Source: Balanoglossus misakiensis
Lineage: Eukaryota; Animalia; Hemichordata
NCBI GenBank assembly: GCA_040954595.2
Contig: CM082582.2
Coordinates: 2,340,303 to 2,404,302, forward strand
Length of the DNA stretch: 64,000 nucleotides
Direction of reading: 5' to 3'
Made by a program: the position numbers and the translations under genes. Under the pieces are notes generated by a model. It did not search any database. It worked only from the letters and a program-made list of their open reading frames with translations, and was not told the origin of the DNA. Below, in pieces: positions 25,255 to 36,874 of the stretch. Position 1 is the first letter of the stretch, and the number at the start of each line of letters is the position of its first letter.

Positions 25255-27574
25255 ATGTTTCTACTGCCAAGAAATTAAAATTACATTGCATGATGTTGCC
25301 ACTTTTGTAATTTGTTTTATTGAAATGACTGTATTTTTGAAAAAAATTAATTGTATAAATGCATAATTTTGTAAACTTCCAATTGTCAAAAAGCTAAAAT
25401 AAAAATGGCATGAAATTGAAATAAATGACTCCTCACAACTGACCACTATTTGAGATTATCAAATTTTTATTACAAAGAACTAAAAAATTCATATAAAATT
25501 ACATTCAATTCATGATTATTATAACAATGCACAAAACTCTCTCTCAACTTTATCAACCCCGAACCCACACAATCCAACCCCATACCCATTAACAAATCAA
25601 CTCCCATAATTTATAAATAATGATAAAAGAAAATAACATTGGAATCCAATTTGGCGAAAGAAATGATTGCTGTATTTAAATAATATATGAAACCAAGTTT
25701 ATTATAAAAAAAAATTAAATGACACTCAATATTTTGCCAACAAATAAAAATTAATCGTAAAAGAATAAATAAACCTAAAAGATAATAAAAATGTAATTAA
25801 AGCATAAAATAAAAGTAAAACATTGCACCTGAAGTGTTAGTTGAATAGGTTTCTAAATAGGAAAAAAAATGTGTCATGATTTTAAACAAATGAAATTCGG
25901 AAATGATCATAATTTGAATTTTTATCACATGATTGGCTGATATAATGTTTCAATGTTGGGTTATAATATAAAACGTAATTCATTTGTTTCATTCCTATTT
26001 AGAAACCTTCAAATAATTTTTCAATAAAAATATAATTAAAAAAATATATAAATTCTGTTGATTAGAATATAGAAAATCAATAATCTCCTCAGCTGGTCAG
26101 CAAGTACAGTGGCAGTAGTTTTCAGTGACAGCTGCTCCTCAAGAGGACTAAACATAATTGAAAAAAAGATACACACAAAAACGAGATTAAATCATGGAAA
26201 GTAAAAAAAAAGAATAGAGATACATGGTAAACTAATAGATAAACTGTGAAATATGACCAAAAAAAGATTTTTTTTATAAATCAATAAAATCTGTAGCCAC
26301 TGTAATTCAATTGTGTACTGTGCAGTGTATTTCTGTTTTGCCAATACTGTGTTTTGTGCACAGTTAATATGATATACAAGGGGAATGGGTGTTTGAATTT
26401 GAAATACACTAATAATTTTACTGTTGCATTTCAAATTCAAACACTTCTGTAATAGCCCCTTATAAATCATGCACACTGTGCAGTAATTCCAGGAGCTTGG
26501 ATTTGTTTGTTGCCCGTCGTAGTTGTGTATGCAGTGATGTTCTGTATGTTAACGGTAGTGTCTGAATTATGTCGTTGCATTCGTGTCGAAGTGTGGCATT
26601 TGTTTTTTTTTCTTCTCTTTCAATTTCTGCTCTTTCTTTTTCTGTAACAAGTAGTATTTTTTTGCCAGTGCCTGGAGACTTACCTTGGCAGATGATACTT
26701 ACCAGGGAACGTCTTTTTTCTTCGGCATTGATGTTATAATTGCCAATGTGTCTATCCATAGCATCTCCTGAGATGGTAATAGGAGACCGACCATCCTGAT
26801 ACTTGACATAAGATGTCTGTCTCAGTCGTCCCCTGAAACCCGTCAAGTCGTTAGAGTAGCCTGGGCGGCTACGTTCCAACGACTCGGGGTTTACAAGGCT
26901 AACGACTGAGAAGACTATCTTTCTCAGACTGGCCAGGGCATCATGCCTGCTACAGATGACAACCCACTTACCTGAATCGGGCACTGGAGGAGCTCAGGCC
27001 TTGTTGTTTTAGTCGTACTCCTCCAGGACGGCGTCCGCACCTTGATGGGCATCAGGCCTACCAGATAGTGAAATGGCCTCGTACTTCTCCAGAGTTTGGA
27101 GAAGTATTGGTGGATACCGGGCACGGTCGGTCACGTCATAGACATCAATCATTTGGTAAGTGGGGTGATTCCGACCGTGCCACAGGGTGCGAAGGAGATG
27201 TCGTCAAGCCCGTAGGTAAGTGGGTGAATTGAAGCTCGTGCCCTGTCGAAAGAGGAAAATTCCTTGTAAATGTTGTAGAAGAATATTGTAAATGAAATTC
27301 ATGTGAGAGTCTGTCACTGCTGCTGCATTCAACCAGCCAAAAAACAAACTGGTGGATGCATCAGCAGTGGGATTACTCACATCATGCACATGAAATTCCT
27401 GTAGCAATTCGCTCCACAGACAATCTATGAATTTGCAAAGAAGGTCAAATGAAATGTGATGATCAGAACACTTCTTCACACATTCTAGAGATCTGCCTCA
27501 GGAGAATCCCTGAGATATAGCAAAGTCCCTGTAAATCCCAATACATAGAAACAAATACACGGGTTTCATAAGTC

Positions 27575-27593
27575 TAGCGCCCTCTTGTGGCTA
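27575..27593 (-). promoter_or_regulatory. CTCF-like motif in the left TIR (mirror copy at 32634-32652, + strand)
   Basis: TAGCCACAAGAGGGCGCTA versus the consensus TGGCCACCAGGGGGCGCTA. Confidence 0.5.
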
Positions 27594-28147
27594 TCATGAA
27601 TTTGACCTCAAAGCGAGGCCACTGGGTGTACGTCCCTGATGAGTTGATGACAGCTCATAAACACAGGCTCAGCGGTTTGTTGACGGAAGTGGCGACGCCG
27701 ATAAAACTTTTCAAGGTAAGAATTTCTCGAATTCGCAGCTGTATTTTTGTTTTCAGTCATATTTTAAGCACCTTCTTGTTTAGCTTCTGAGATATTATAG
27801 CAAAAAAAGTGTGAATTTTTGCGATCTCAAATTTTTTTTTTGGAGCGACCGATATAGCGCACGGTTAGCTGGAAAGCCGGCATTCTGGTCAAAGGCACGT
27901 ATCGATCGATCGACTCAGCGAAAAAAAATCAAAGTTTACTTTCAGTTTTTGTTACCTTAATTATGATCGAGCCCATAGCCGAACTGCTAAGGGGTGTTAT
28001 TCACCGAAACTTTATGAATGAGAGCTTTTAAAAGTTTTAGTTTTATTGCAGACCTTCTGCAGCCTATATTCCTCTTGCATTTGTATTCATGTTCAATGCT
28101 TCACAGAGTAAAAAAAATGTAATTGACATGCTGGATTTTTACACAGA

Positions 28148-30246
28148 ATGGATGTCACCGTCAGTAATGTATCTCTCAGCGAAGATGATATCCCAGGAGC
28201 CAGCTTTGATGGTATTGATCCAGCAACGCTGAAAAAGGACTGGCTCCAATTTTGGTTAAGATGTAGGGGTGACACCCTGAAGAACTTAAAAACAAAGGCA
28301 CAGTTGTTGACAAGGCAAGTAGGGGCTGGGTAAATTGTTTTTACGTGTTCCATTTGGTTTTGTTGATCAAACAATATAATAATAAATTATGGTCAAATAA
28401 ATGAAAATGCATGTATTGCAAATAATACTATTAAAATAACAATATTGAAACATTTGTTTTTTTCTGTAGAATAAAGGTGTACATGGAAAATGGAACTGAT
28501 GCAAAAATTGTTGATCCAGATCCAAACAAAAGCTATACTAAGATGAAGATACAGAAAATGAAGGCACTATCATCAGGCCAAACTCCAGCAAATGTCATGT
28601 CAGCTCCTGTAGCACCTGTTGGACTGTCCACTTCTTACCCAAAAGATGGGTGGGGCACGTCGTTGCTAGGATTGCCTTTGTTCACTAGAGCACATATAAA
28701 TATCCATCTCTCAAAAACAGGGAAGCAAGTAAAAGGGGATGCTGAGGATAATCACCCAACTAATCAGCAACGGGGAAAAGTGTTCTTTGAAGAAAAATAT
28801 ATCCATGATGTTATGACAAATAAAGACACAAAATACTTTTATTTTACAGCAAGGTGTAACCATAGCTACAAAAAACATGCAGAGCCACATAGACTGAAAC
28901 TAAAGCTTGATCTTCTGGATGGTAATGTTGTACATGCTAACTGTACCTGTAAAGCCGGACTTGTAGGCTACTGTAATCATACCCTTGCATTATTATTTCT
29001 GATTTCACAATGCTCTTTATTTGATTTAGAGGATGTTCAAGAGTTTGTAAATATTCACTCAAACATTACTTCTCCAACCTCTAGATTACAAGTGTGGCAC
29101 CATAGAAACAGAGGTTTGGGGGTTTTGCCAGAACCTGTTACAAGTTTGGCCATTCGCAAAGTTAAAGTTGATAGTGGTGAGTCAAAATATGCTGTGACTT
29201 CAGCATTGTATGATGCCAGAAGAAATCCAAATCATGACAACAGTGCTGAAAAAAAGTTCAGAGAAAGTCTGAACCAAAAAAATCCACTGTTTGGGTTTGC
29301 GCAGTGCCAGGTCATGCCTGATGTATCATTAGTTGATACCAAATTTGGTAAAGTGCCAAATGGCTCAATTTTAAGCTATCAAACACGACACACAGAGTGT
29401 AGTTATTCTGTCTTTTGTGACATATCATCAGTACCAAGACTGCCATCTGATAATTTGTTAATAGATTTAAATTCTTTTCCTAATTTACCATACAAAGAAA
29501 CCCCTATATATGACATTAAAATTAACAATGAACAGGAACATGCATGGTTTCAATCAATCAAATGTAACAAAGACAGAGAAAATATGATTGAAGCAGAGAC
29601 AAGAAAGCAGTCTGTCAGTGATAAGTGGTTTCTGTATAGAAAACCAAGGCTGACTGCATCAAATTTTCACGATGTATGTATAACAAAAAGAAATCACGAT
29701 GCCCTGTGTAATAGCTTATTTAATTCTGAAAGTTTTACAAGCAGATATACTGATCATGGCAAAAAATATGAAAGTGAGGGGTTGATAAAATATGCCAAAT
29801 ACATGAATGACACAGATAATTATGTATCTCTACACAAATGTGGTCTAGTTATAAACCCCTCGTATTGTTTTCTTGGTGGTACACCGGATTCGAAAGTGGT
29901 CCATAGAAAATCATCTGAGCCATATGGTATTGTAGAAGTTAAATGCCCAGAAACAAAGAAAAATGTCACTCCGTTGGATGCATGCCTTGATCCAACATTT
30001 TATTGTTATGATGACAATGGGCAGCCAAGGTTGAAAGTTTATCACAGATATTATCAGCAAATTCAGGGACAAATGGCAGTGTGTGGGCTGACTTGGTGCG
30101 ATTTTGTTATATATACATTTAAAGGGCTCAGCATTGAGAGAATCATATTTGACAGTGTATATTGGCAAGAAATGTTGACAAAACTGGATGTTTTTTTTAC
30201 CGAACATTACATGCCATTTATCGTAACGAGAGAACAAAGTGCTTAA
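28148..30246 (+). CDS. SAP-like/SWIM zinc-finger/YqaJ (lambda-exonuclease-like) protein, 2 coding exons (28148-28314, 28470-30246), ~647 aa
   Basis: Exon 1 LQFWLRCRG..KTKAQLL (SAP-like). GC-AG phase-2 intron (AG|gcaagt ... ttctgtag|A). SWIM CTCKAGLVGYCNH. YqaJ motifs TRKQS..W..RKPRLTASNF, HGKKYE, GLV..LGGTPDS..EVKCP, YYQQIQGQM..WCDFV. Confidence 0.9.
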
Positions 30247-30407
30247 CCATATTTTTATTGAATGTAGTTGATAAATGTAGTTGATGTTTTAAAAGATGTA
30301 AAATGTGTGCATGGTTGAAATGCAAATAAAAGACGTATTCATCAATTTAATATTTTATTTTATTATTCACATTACAGCTGTGCCACATCAAAGAACAGAC
30401 AAAATCC

Positions 30408-32054
30408 TCATGCACTTATTATAGGATTCTGTACATTACACAATAGTGCACTTACAGTCCACATTTCATTTACAATATTAAAAAGTGATATAGGGACAAC
30501 TCTGTCCCAGATATGAAAATTCTTAACTTTATTAATTGCCCTTTCTACATGTATGCGCTCAGCAGCAATTTTTTGTGTTTCTATAACATCTTCTGCACTC
30601 ATTTGGTCACGTTTCTCTAGAAATGGTGGAATATTCAGAGACACACCTTTAGGCCTCAAGAGGTCAGCTATGGTGAATCCCTTGTCTGCCATTACAGAGT
30701 CACCGTGGTCAAATGGCATATCCAGTAACCCTGATCTACATTCAATTTCTCTGTCAGATATGGAGCCAGTATATAAACTGCTGACAAATGTTACAGCTCC
30801 ACTTGGAGCTATGCCTATTAGCCCCTTAAGTGTTACATGGTTTTTGTAATTAGACAATAATTGTGAATGTAAAATCAATGAACTGGGCATTTCCACCCTA
30901 ATTTCTGAACAATCAATTATGATGCGGGTACTTGGGTACTTCACTGTAAATGATGCAGGCATGTTTCTTGTGATACTGGCTTTGTCTTGCCAAATATTAA
31001 GGTGACCCAGTTTCAAGTAAAGGTAATTTATCCAAGTTATAAATATTCTGCTTACAGTTGACATTGAAATGTTAAACAGAAATGCCAGGTGACGCTCAAA
31101 GAAACCCTGCCTTAAACGACACAAAGTAAGAAGAAATTCATCAATTGGCCGTAGGGTCCGAGGGCGACCCATTTTCTTGTCTGCTTGGCTTTTATCAGTA
31201 TCATGTAATTTATTTGTTGAATTCCAGTAGTTAATATTTTCTCCCACTTTACCAGGGTCAATAAATTCAAAGACATCCATTAACGCCAGAAAATTTGGAA
31301 ATCCTGTATAAGATGAAATTACCTCATCACTCTCTTTCATATTTTCAATGTTGAATTGATTACTTTTCAAATTCTTTATTTCTAAATCCTTTTTAATTAA
31401 ATCCTCCCTCAATAGTTTTACTTTTTCTTTAAGCATTTCAATGGTTTTTGCATTTGAAAACTCTACATCAGCAATTTTGTTAATAAGTCTCTGGTTTTCA
31501 AAAGTAAGTCTTTCAATTTTTTCAAGGAGTTGCTGTTCATTCCTATGATTTCCAGATGAGATGCCCAGATGTGATTGGTCAACTTCATGACACCCAAGTG
31601 TCTGTTGATGAAGTACTTCAGTGCTTCCCAGCTGACATCTCTCGTGAAGGTCTCCTGTGGCGGAATCACTTACAGTAGACAATTTACCACTTGGATGCAT
31701 GCTGTGATTTTCATTTACCTCCATCAAAGTATTTTTCTGTGGTGCTGTTCTTGGTGTTGGTAACTTTCGTGCATGTTTTGTGGATGTCCATTTGAACTGT
31801 GATGGTACAGCATTCGGTTTGAGAAAATATTTATTGGCAAGGGTTCTTGATATGTCCTCATCTGTGAAATGCCTTGAGCAAACCTTTGTGTGATGTGTTA
31901 TTTTGAAAAATTTTCCTTCATCCCTCTTGATTTTTGTTATCCATTGTTTTCTTCGCATTTTATCGTTTGGAAAAGAAAAAAAGGAAATTTTCTCCCCATT
32001 CTCTCCTCTGTACCCAGCTCTTGTACAGAACGGTACACAACAGTTATGAACCAT
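30408..32054 (-). CDS. THAP-HTH-DDE transposase (Harbinger/ISL2EU DDE_Tnp_4 type), 548 aa
   Basis: THAP (CCVPFC..W..VCSRHF..AVPS), coiled coil, HTH (LCRLRQG..LAFLFNISMSTVSRIF), catalytic IIDCSE / MADKGF / RIHVERAI. ORF uninterrupted. Confidence 0.93.
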   Translation of the reverse strand: MVHNCCVPFCTRAGYRGENGEKISFFSFPNDKMRRKQWITKIKRDEGKFFKITHHTKVCSRHFTDEDISRTLANKYFLKPNAVPSQFKWTSTKHARKLPTPRTAPQKNTLMEVNENHSMHPSGKLSTVSDSATGDLHERCQLGSTEVLHQQTLGCHEVDQSHLGISSGNHRNEQQLLEKIERLTFENQRLINKIADVEFSNAKTIEMLKEKVKLLREDLIKKDLEIKNLKSNQFNIENMKESDEVISSYTGFPNFLALMDVFEFIDPGKVGENINYWNSTNKLHDTDKSQADKKMGRPRTLRPIDEFLLTLCRLRQGFFERHLAFLFNISMSTVSRIFITWINYLYLKLGHLNIWQDKASITRNMPASFTVKYPSTRIIIDCSEIRVEMPSSLILHSQLLSNYKNHVTLKGLIGIAPSGAVTFVSSLYTGSISDREIECRSGLLDMPFDHGDSVMADKGFTIADLLRPKGVSLNIPPFLEKRDQMSAEDVIETQKIAAERIHVERAINKVKNFHIWDRVVPISLFNIVNEMWTVSALLCNVQNPIISA

Positions 32055-34326
32055 GACTGAAAAAAAAAACATTCATTCCATTGAACATGAGCAGTTATCA
32101 AAAATTATCATAGAGATCACGGTCACCTTTTTAGTACTAGTGTACAATCTGACAGTTTTATATTCACAGTCCCTTCGAAACTTTTATTCAGTACTGAAAA
32201 TGCACACCACAATATCACATTATGGCATAATGCCACCTTGAGACTAAATAGTACCACAAATTATAGTTTTATTTACTGTATATCGACTTTTATTTTTTTT
32301 TTCGCTGAGTCGATCGAAGTAACAGTTACACTAAAACCCAAGTAACCGTATCGCGTGCTCTTTTTCGGTCGCTCCAAAAAAAAATTTTGAGATCGCAAAA
32401 ATTGAAAGAAATTCACACTTTTTTTGCTATAATATCTCAGAAGCTAAACAAGAAGGTGCTTAAAATATGACTGAAAACAAAAATACAGCTACGAATTCGA
32501 GAAATTCTTACCTTGAAAAGTTTTATCGGCGTCGCCACTTCCGTCAACAAACCGCTGAGCCTGTGTTTACGAGCTGTCATCAACTCATCAGGGGCGTACA
32601 CCCAGTGGCCTCGCTTTGAGGTCAAATTCATGATAGCCACAAGAGGGCGCTAGACTTATGAAACCCGTGTATGATTTGACTGCATTGATTTCTTCATGTA
32701 AAAGGCCCGTCCTTAAAACAACCCATGAAAATATTCCCTCATGATCTTCTGATAAAATTTTCCGAATAATTACATATGGCAAGCCATCACACCTGATTAT
32801 AACCCATTCCATATATGTACAATAATCTCCACTGCCCTCGTCATGATTAAAATATTGTTTGATTTTTGCAAGTTTACCAATGTGATTAAGAATTTCTTTC
32901 ACTGATTTGAAACAATTAGGATTTACAAAAATAGGAGACATAACATAAATATTTGCTTTATTTGCTTGTTTTGGGGGCTTTTTAACAATTCTGGAAGTTT
33001 ACTTTCCCATGTGAGCAACCTTTACTTCACCAACACACTCATGCAAAATGGTTCCCTTCGAATGCCACAACCTCGACACTTAGCAATTCTCCATTTGCCC
33101 TTCGTGTGGGTGAAACCACACTTGGGGCAAATCTCGACGCTGTCAGTCTGTTGTTTTTGTTGTAAGTATGTGTCAATAGAGTCAGTCTGTGGTGCATTTT
33201 CTACATTGATAGTGGCTACAGAAGATAAAATTAAATCATCAACATAAGAAGCAATGGACTCTTTGACAACTGAATCAAACTCATCATACTTGCTGCCCTC
33301 TGTATTGGAAACATCTGTCTCTGAAACCTTCTGCCACTGACTTGGCTTCAACCCAGAATCATATTGCAGTGATGATTCTGGGTCCAGCTGAGAAGCAATA
33401 ATGTTAGTAAAATATCCAAAGTAACTGAATTACCATTTCTGTTAATGTAATTTTTAGAAAGATGTTGTTCATTATCAAAAGAAAATTCAACTCACCCCTC
33501 AGGTGCATCTGGAAAATCAAAATTACCTTTGAAAAGAATATTGTTAATGACATCATAACATGGGCCTGCTGTTACGTGGCCCATGAGATCAACTGCCAGG
33601 CGACTTCTGGTCAAACTAAATAAAATAACTTGAATTGCAGAAATAAAACTACTCACAAACTTAGGATTCCTGGCAGTATAAAGAAGTTCAACGGCATGGG
33701 CAAGATATTGAGTGTTATTTTGGATTCCAGTATTTGGCATACAAATCTCCTCAAGAAGGAAACCAAGACAAGATTCCATTATGACAATAGATTAGGTAAA
33801 TCTATGTCTGATAAATTTTGAACAGACTACCTGTCTTGGTTTTGGCAGAGGAGATCTGCATGCCTGTAAATTTCTAAATTTTCTAATTTCCCAATTTCCC
33901 TTACAGCTTCCACCCTCTCTTCCCTTGTATTAACCTCCCCCCGATTTCCCTTTTCAGTCTCTCAATTTCTTCCTCCAACTCTTTTATTTTCTCTTTGTCC
34001 TGAAAATAAAATAAAATACACATGTTATTCAGAAATGCCATTTTGATCATTTCAAGGCCCAAACTGACAGCATTTTCTTTGCATTGATTGTAGACCATTT
34101 CAATTACCTTGCTTCTGTCTTTCTCTTCGCCAGTCTTCTTTTGATTTTTTTTCATGTTCACACTCCTGAAATAAATGCAACAGTTTTAAAACATTAAATT
34201 ATTATTCGCTCATGTAAGTAAGACCAGTAGAACAATTTTAATTAATTCTGAATAGAAAAAAATTGTTACTGACAACTGGACAAAAAACTACTTAATCTGT
34301 AGTGTATTATTTGAACATGATTACCT

Positions 34327-34475
34327 TTATTTTATTTTCATCCAAATCAAGTCACAACAAACTGTCCTTGTAACTTTTATACTCATGTGTATCACTACAA
34401 TTTCATTTAATCTCTATATTATAAAAGTTACAAGGAGAGTTTGTTGTGACTTGATTTGGATGAAAATAAAATAAA
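34327..34475. repeat. Near-perfect inverted repeat, ~55-bp arms and ~37-bp spacer
   Basis: TTATTTTATTTTCATCCAAATCAAGTCACAACAAACTGTCCTTGTAACTTTTATA ... TATAAAAGTTACAAGGAGAGTTTGTTGTGACTTGATTTGGATGAAAATAAAATAA. Confidence 0.9.
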
Positions 34476-34812
34476 CATCTTCGACAAAGCTTCAAAAATT
34501 AAGCTTGTTTAAAGGTTTGTTTAGTAAAGCATTGTTGATTTTTTTTCACCAAGCTTTGAAGACGCTTGGCCAAAGATTGGAATTATAAGGTTTCTCAAAG
34601 GTCAGTACAGCTTAGGTTCAACTAAGGCTAGTAATAAGAAGCTTCAGCGAAGGTTGGCACACGACACGACCCCTTCAGCAAAGGTCGGCACGCAAACTCT
34701 TGTAGCAAGCTTCAGCACAAAGCTTTTTGCAACATTGTTCCAAGCTTTGTCCAAGGTACTGCACAATCGCGTGTGTAGAAGGTGCCAAATACAGGCGTTG
34801 CATGTATGATAA

Positions 34813-36874
34813 GGCTGGGCAAATTCAAAATTATGTTTGACGTCAGCGCGCGCCTAGGTTTACGAGAAATTTCGCAAATACAAACAAATATGCAAATGAG
34901 GTCAAACGGGGTCATTGATGTCATATGTCTGTTCGTCTCACTATGTCCTCCTATCGACCGTGGTTGTTGCATGACGAGAACGTGTCGTCTGTAGGTTTCA
35001 AAGTCGCCTGTGGGTAAAATTGGAGAAAGATGGCAAAAGATGTTCATAAAACGAGAGTACGCGAAATTATAAGTTGCAGAGTTACACAGAACAAGAAGGT
35101 GGCAATAGATTGGTATGCCTTCGAAGTCAGTCCAAATGACAGCTTCGCTGCGCTGTACAAAGGGCTAGTTCTCCTTAGTCAGACTAAACACGATCGGTTC
35201 AAAACAAAAATTGCAAAAGATGGCAGAACGTCTTGTTACCTGTTACAGTCGGAAAAATGTGGTGAAGGTGAGAAGATAGAGGTGTGTCCACGATTGTCTA
35301 TCGCAAAAACGTGTGATCGGTTCCACAAGTATTACATTCTTTTTGATGTAAAATCAAAAGGAGAGGAAAATACCAACGCTGACGTAGTGCAAACTCAGAA
35401 AGATGTTAATAGACCAGTCAGAATTATGGAGGTACCTCCATGGTCAGAATGAAAGGTGATTTCAAGGCTGTCCATGTGATCCAAGGTTAGTAAAACATTA
35501 TTTTATTTACAATTTTGTTGTATGTCAGTGAATAAATGTTGTGTATGACCATACTGCAGCCCAGAACAAGTTGTCTGAGCCAATTTGTTGCATTCCACAT
35601 ATAGACTGAAAACAAATTTGCTAAAATAAATTTTGTTTGAGTAGAATTACAAACTCTGATTTTTGTATCATTTAGTAGCACAGAACTTGGCACTATTCTG
35701 TTATAACTCTACAGCTTTGCCTTCTGTAGTGTTGGCCTAAGTAAGTACAGTTTATGCTGTAGTACCTGTAAAGTCATGTAAACATCCATTTAATTTATAC
35801 TTTTTTCTTTGCAAAAGATCCTGTTCCGGATGAAAGTGGGGACCACTTTGAAAGGTTTACAGAAGTCCAAGGCAGACCAACACGTGAAATTAATTGCCCC
35901 AGCAGAAAGGGACTGGTACTTGATGCAGAAAACACCAACTTCAGGCTGAGTGGTGAAAAGTTGGAGCTGTGGACTGGTGCCCTGCATAGATTGCAAAAAG
36001 CCCGGGTATGGTAAAGCATTGTATACAGTACTATATTGGACATTTTAATATCCATTGTAAATTGGATATTCCTTTCTCATTTGTCAATTTACCACACTGC
36101 AAGCCATACAATGTAGTAAATAATGTGTATTGTGAAAAAGTGAAGAGAAAGGGACTGAACCTCGTACACTGAGACATTAACAGTGTCTTGTTATGTGTTT
36201 TCTATGTATATGTACATGTATATTAAAAAATTAATACAACTAAGACTTCTCTGTTTTTTATTTCTCTTTGATAGGTGTATTTATCTGCAAAGAGGCTTGA
36301 TTCACAGCAAAAAAAACAGCAACTTCAGGTATTCCTAGATGATGGTCTTTATACCTGTGGCGGGGTACTAGTAAAACCAAGTCATCCTCTCTATGGAACG
36401 TGTGTTGTGAGCCAGAATCAGAGTTAAATTTGTTAAATTTTCAACTGTTAAATTTTCAACAGTTCCACTTCGCCAGAAAATGTTGTGTTTTGACTGTTTT
36501 CATGAGCAAGTTGTACAGAACTGATGGACTTCATCAAATGGAAATTGTGACTGTCAAAATGTTTGGCTGAAACTTTTTTCAATAAAATTGTTCAACTGAT
36601 ATATGCGTATGTGCATTAATATTGAATTTACTGTTTACTCAGTATCTTTGAACGTGACACTGTAAACGTCTGTGGAATAATTTAGATGTAAAATATGTTT
36701 AAAGTTTAAGGACAAGGGTTTTCTTCAATGGATATTTGCTTTCAATTTCTCATAATATCTCATTTGCATATTTTGGAATATGTAATTAGTTTGTTTTGTT
36801 GACCACCCCCCCCCCCCCTCATAGGTTTTGGGGTCTTGGGGTGACGTCAAACATAGTTTTGAATTTGCGCAGCC
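34813..36874 (+). mobile_element. Internally deleted Zator-like DNA transposon, TAA TSD, ~32-bp TIRs
   Basis: TAA|GGCTGGGCAAATTCAAAATTATGTTTGACGTCA ... TGACGTCAAACATAGTTTTGAATTTGCGCAGCC|TAA. Internal ORF 35030-35452 and C-terminal remnants (DPVPD..HFERFTEVQGRPTRE..CPS, CIDCKKP, LYTCG). No DDE core. Confidence 0.75.

Larger units (their letters stand above)
27557..32670. mobile_element. ISL2EU-type (PIF/Harbinger-ISL2EU-Spy group) autonomous DNA transposon, 5.1 kb, ~300-bp TIRs, AT TSD
   Basis: TIRs ACACGGGTTTCATAAGTCTAG... at 27557-~27850 and ~32365-32670, flanked by AT on both sides. Two convergent intact genes (DDE_Tnp_4-type transposase and YqaJ exonuclease), the diagnostic ISL2EU cargo. 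Confidence 0.9.
26460..34170 (-). pseudogene. Decayed multi-exon transposase-like gene (possibly Academ/DUF6589-like), split by the ISL2EU insertion
   Basis: Collinear minus-strand fragments: ELLYTARNPKFVS, IFVNPNCFKSVKEILNHIG, RCDGLPY, LRTGLLHEEINAVKS | FVSMYWD..FAISQGF..KKCSDHH, LWHGRNHPTYQ, SGRPDAHQGADAVLEE. Many stops. Family assignment is recalled, not searched. Confidence 0.6.

Noticed and set aside
27587-27790. Duplicated 67-aa ORF (also 32437-32640)
   Set aside because: Lies within the TIRs, starts at GTG, and reads through the predicted splice donor into intron-like sequence.
28477-30246. Prophage or viral recombination gene
   Set aside because: It has a spliceosomal intron, lies within TIRs next to a THAP transposase, and has no other phage genes nearby.
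30553-30849. Antisense ORFs to the ISL2EU genes (also 29911-30237) and to the Zator-like gene (41729-42148)
   Set aside because: Shadow ORFs of real coding strands with no recognisable motifs.
27558-32669. Alternative boundary CAC...GTG with TA TSD (CACTA/Transib/mariner-like)
   Set aside because: Formally possible, but the gene content is ISL2EU-type, for which AT TSDs are typical, and the AT reading restores a more plausible target peptide.
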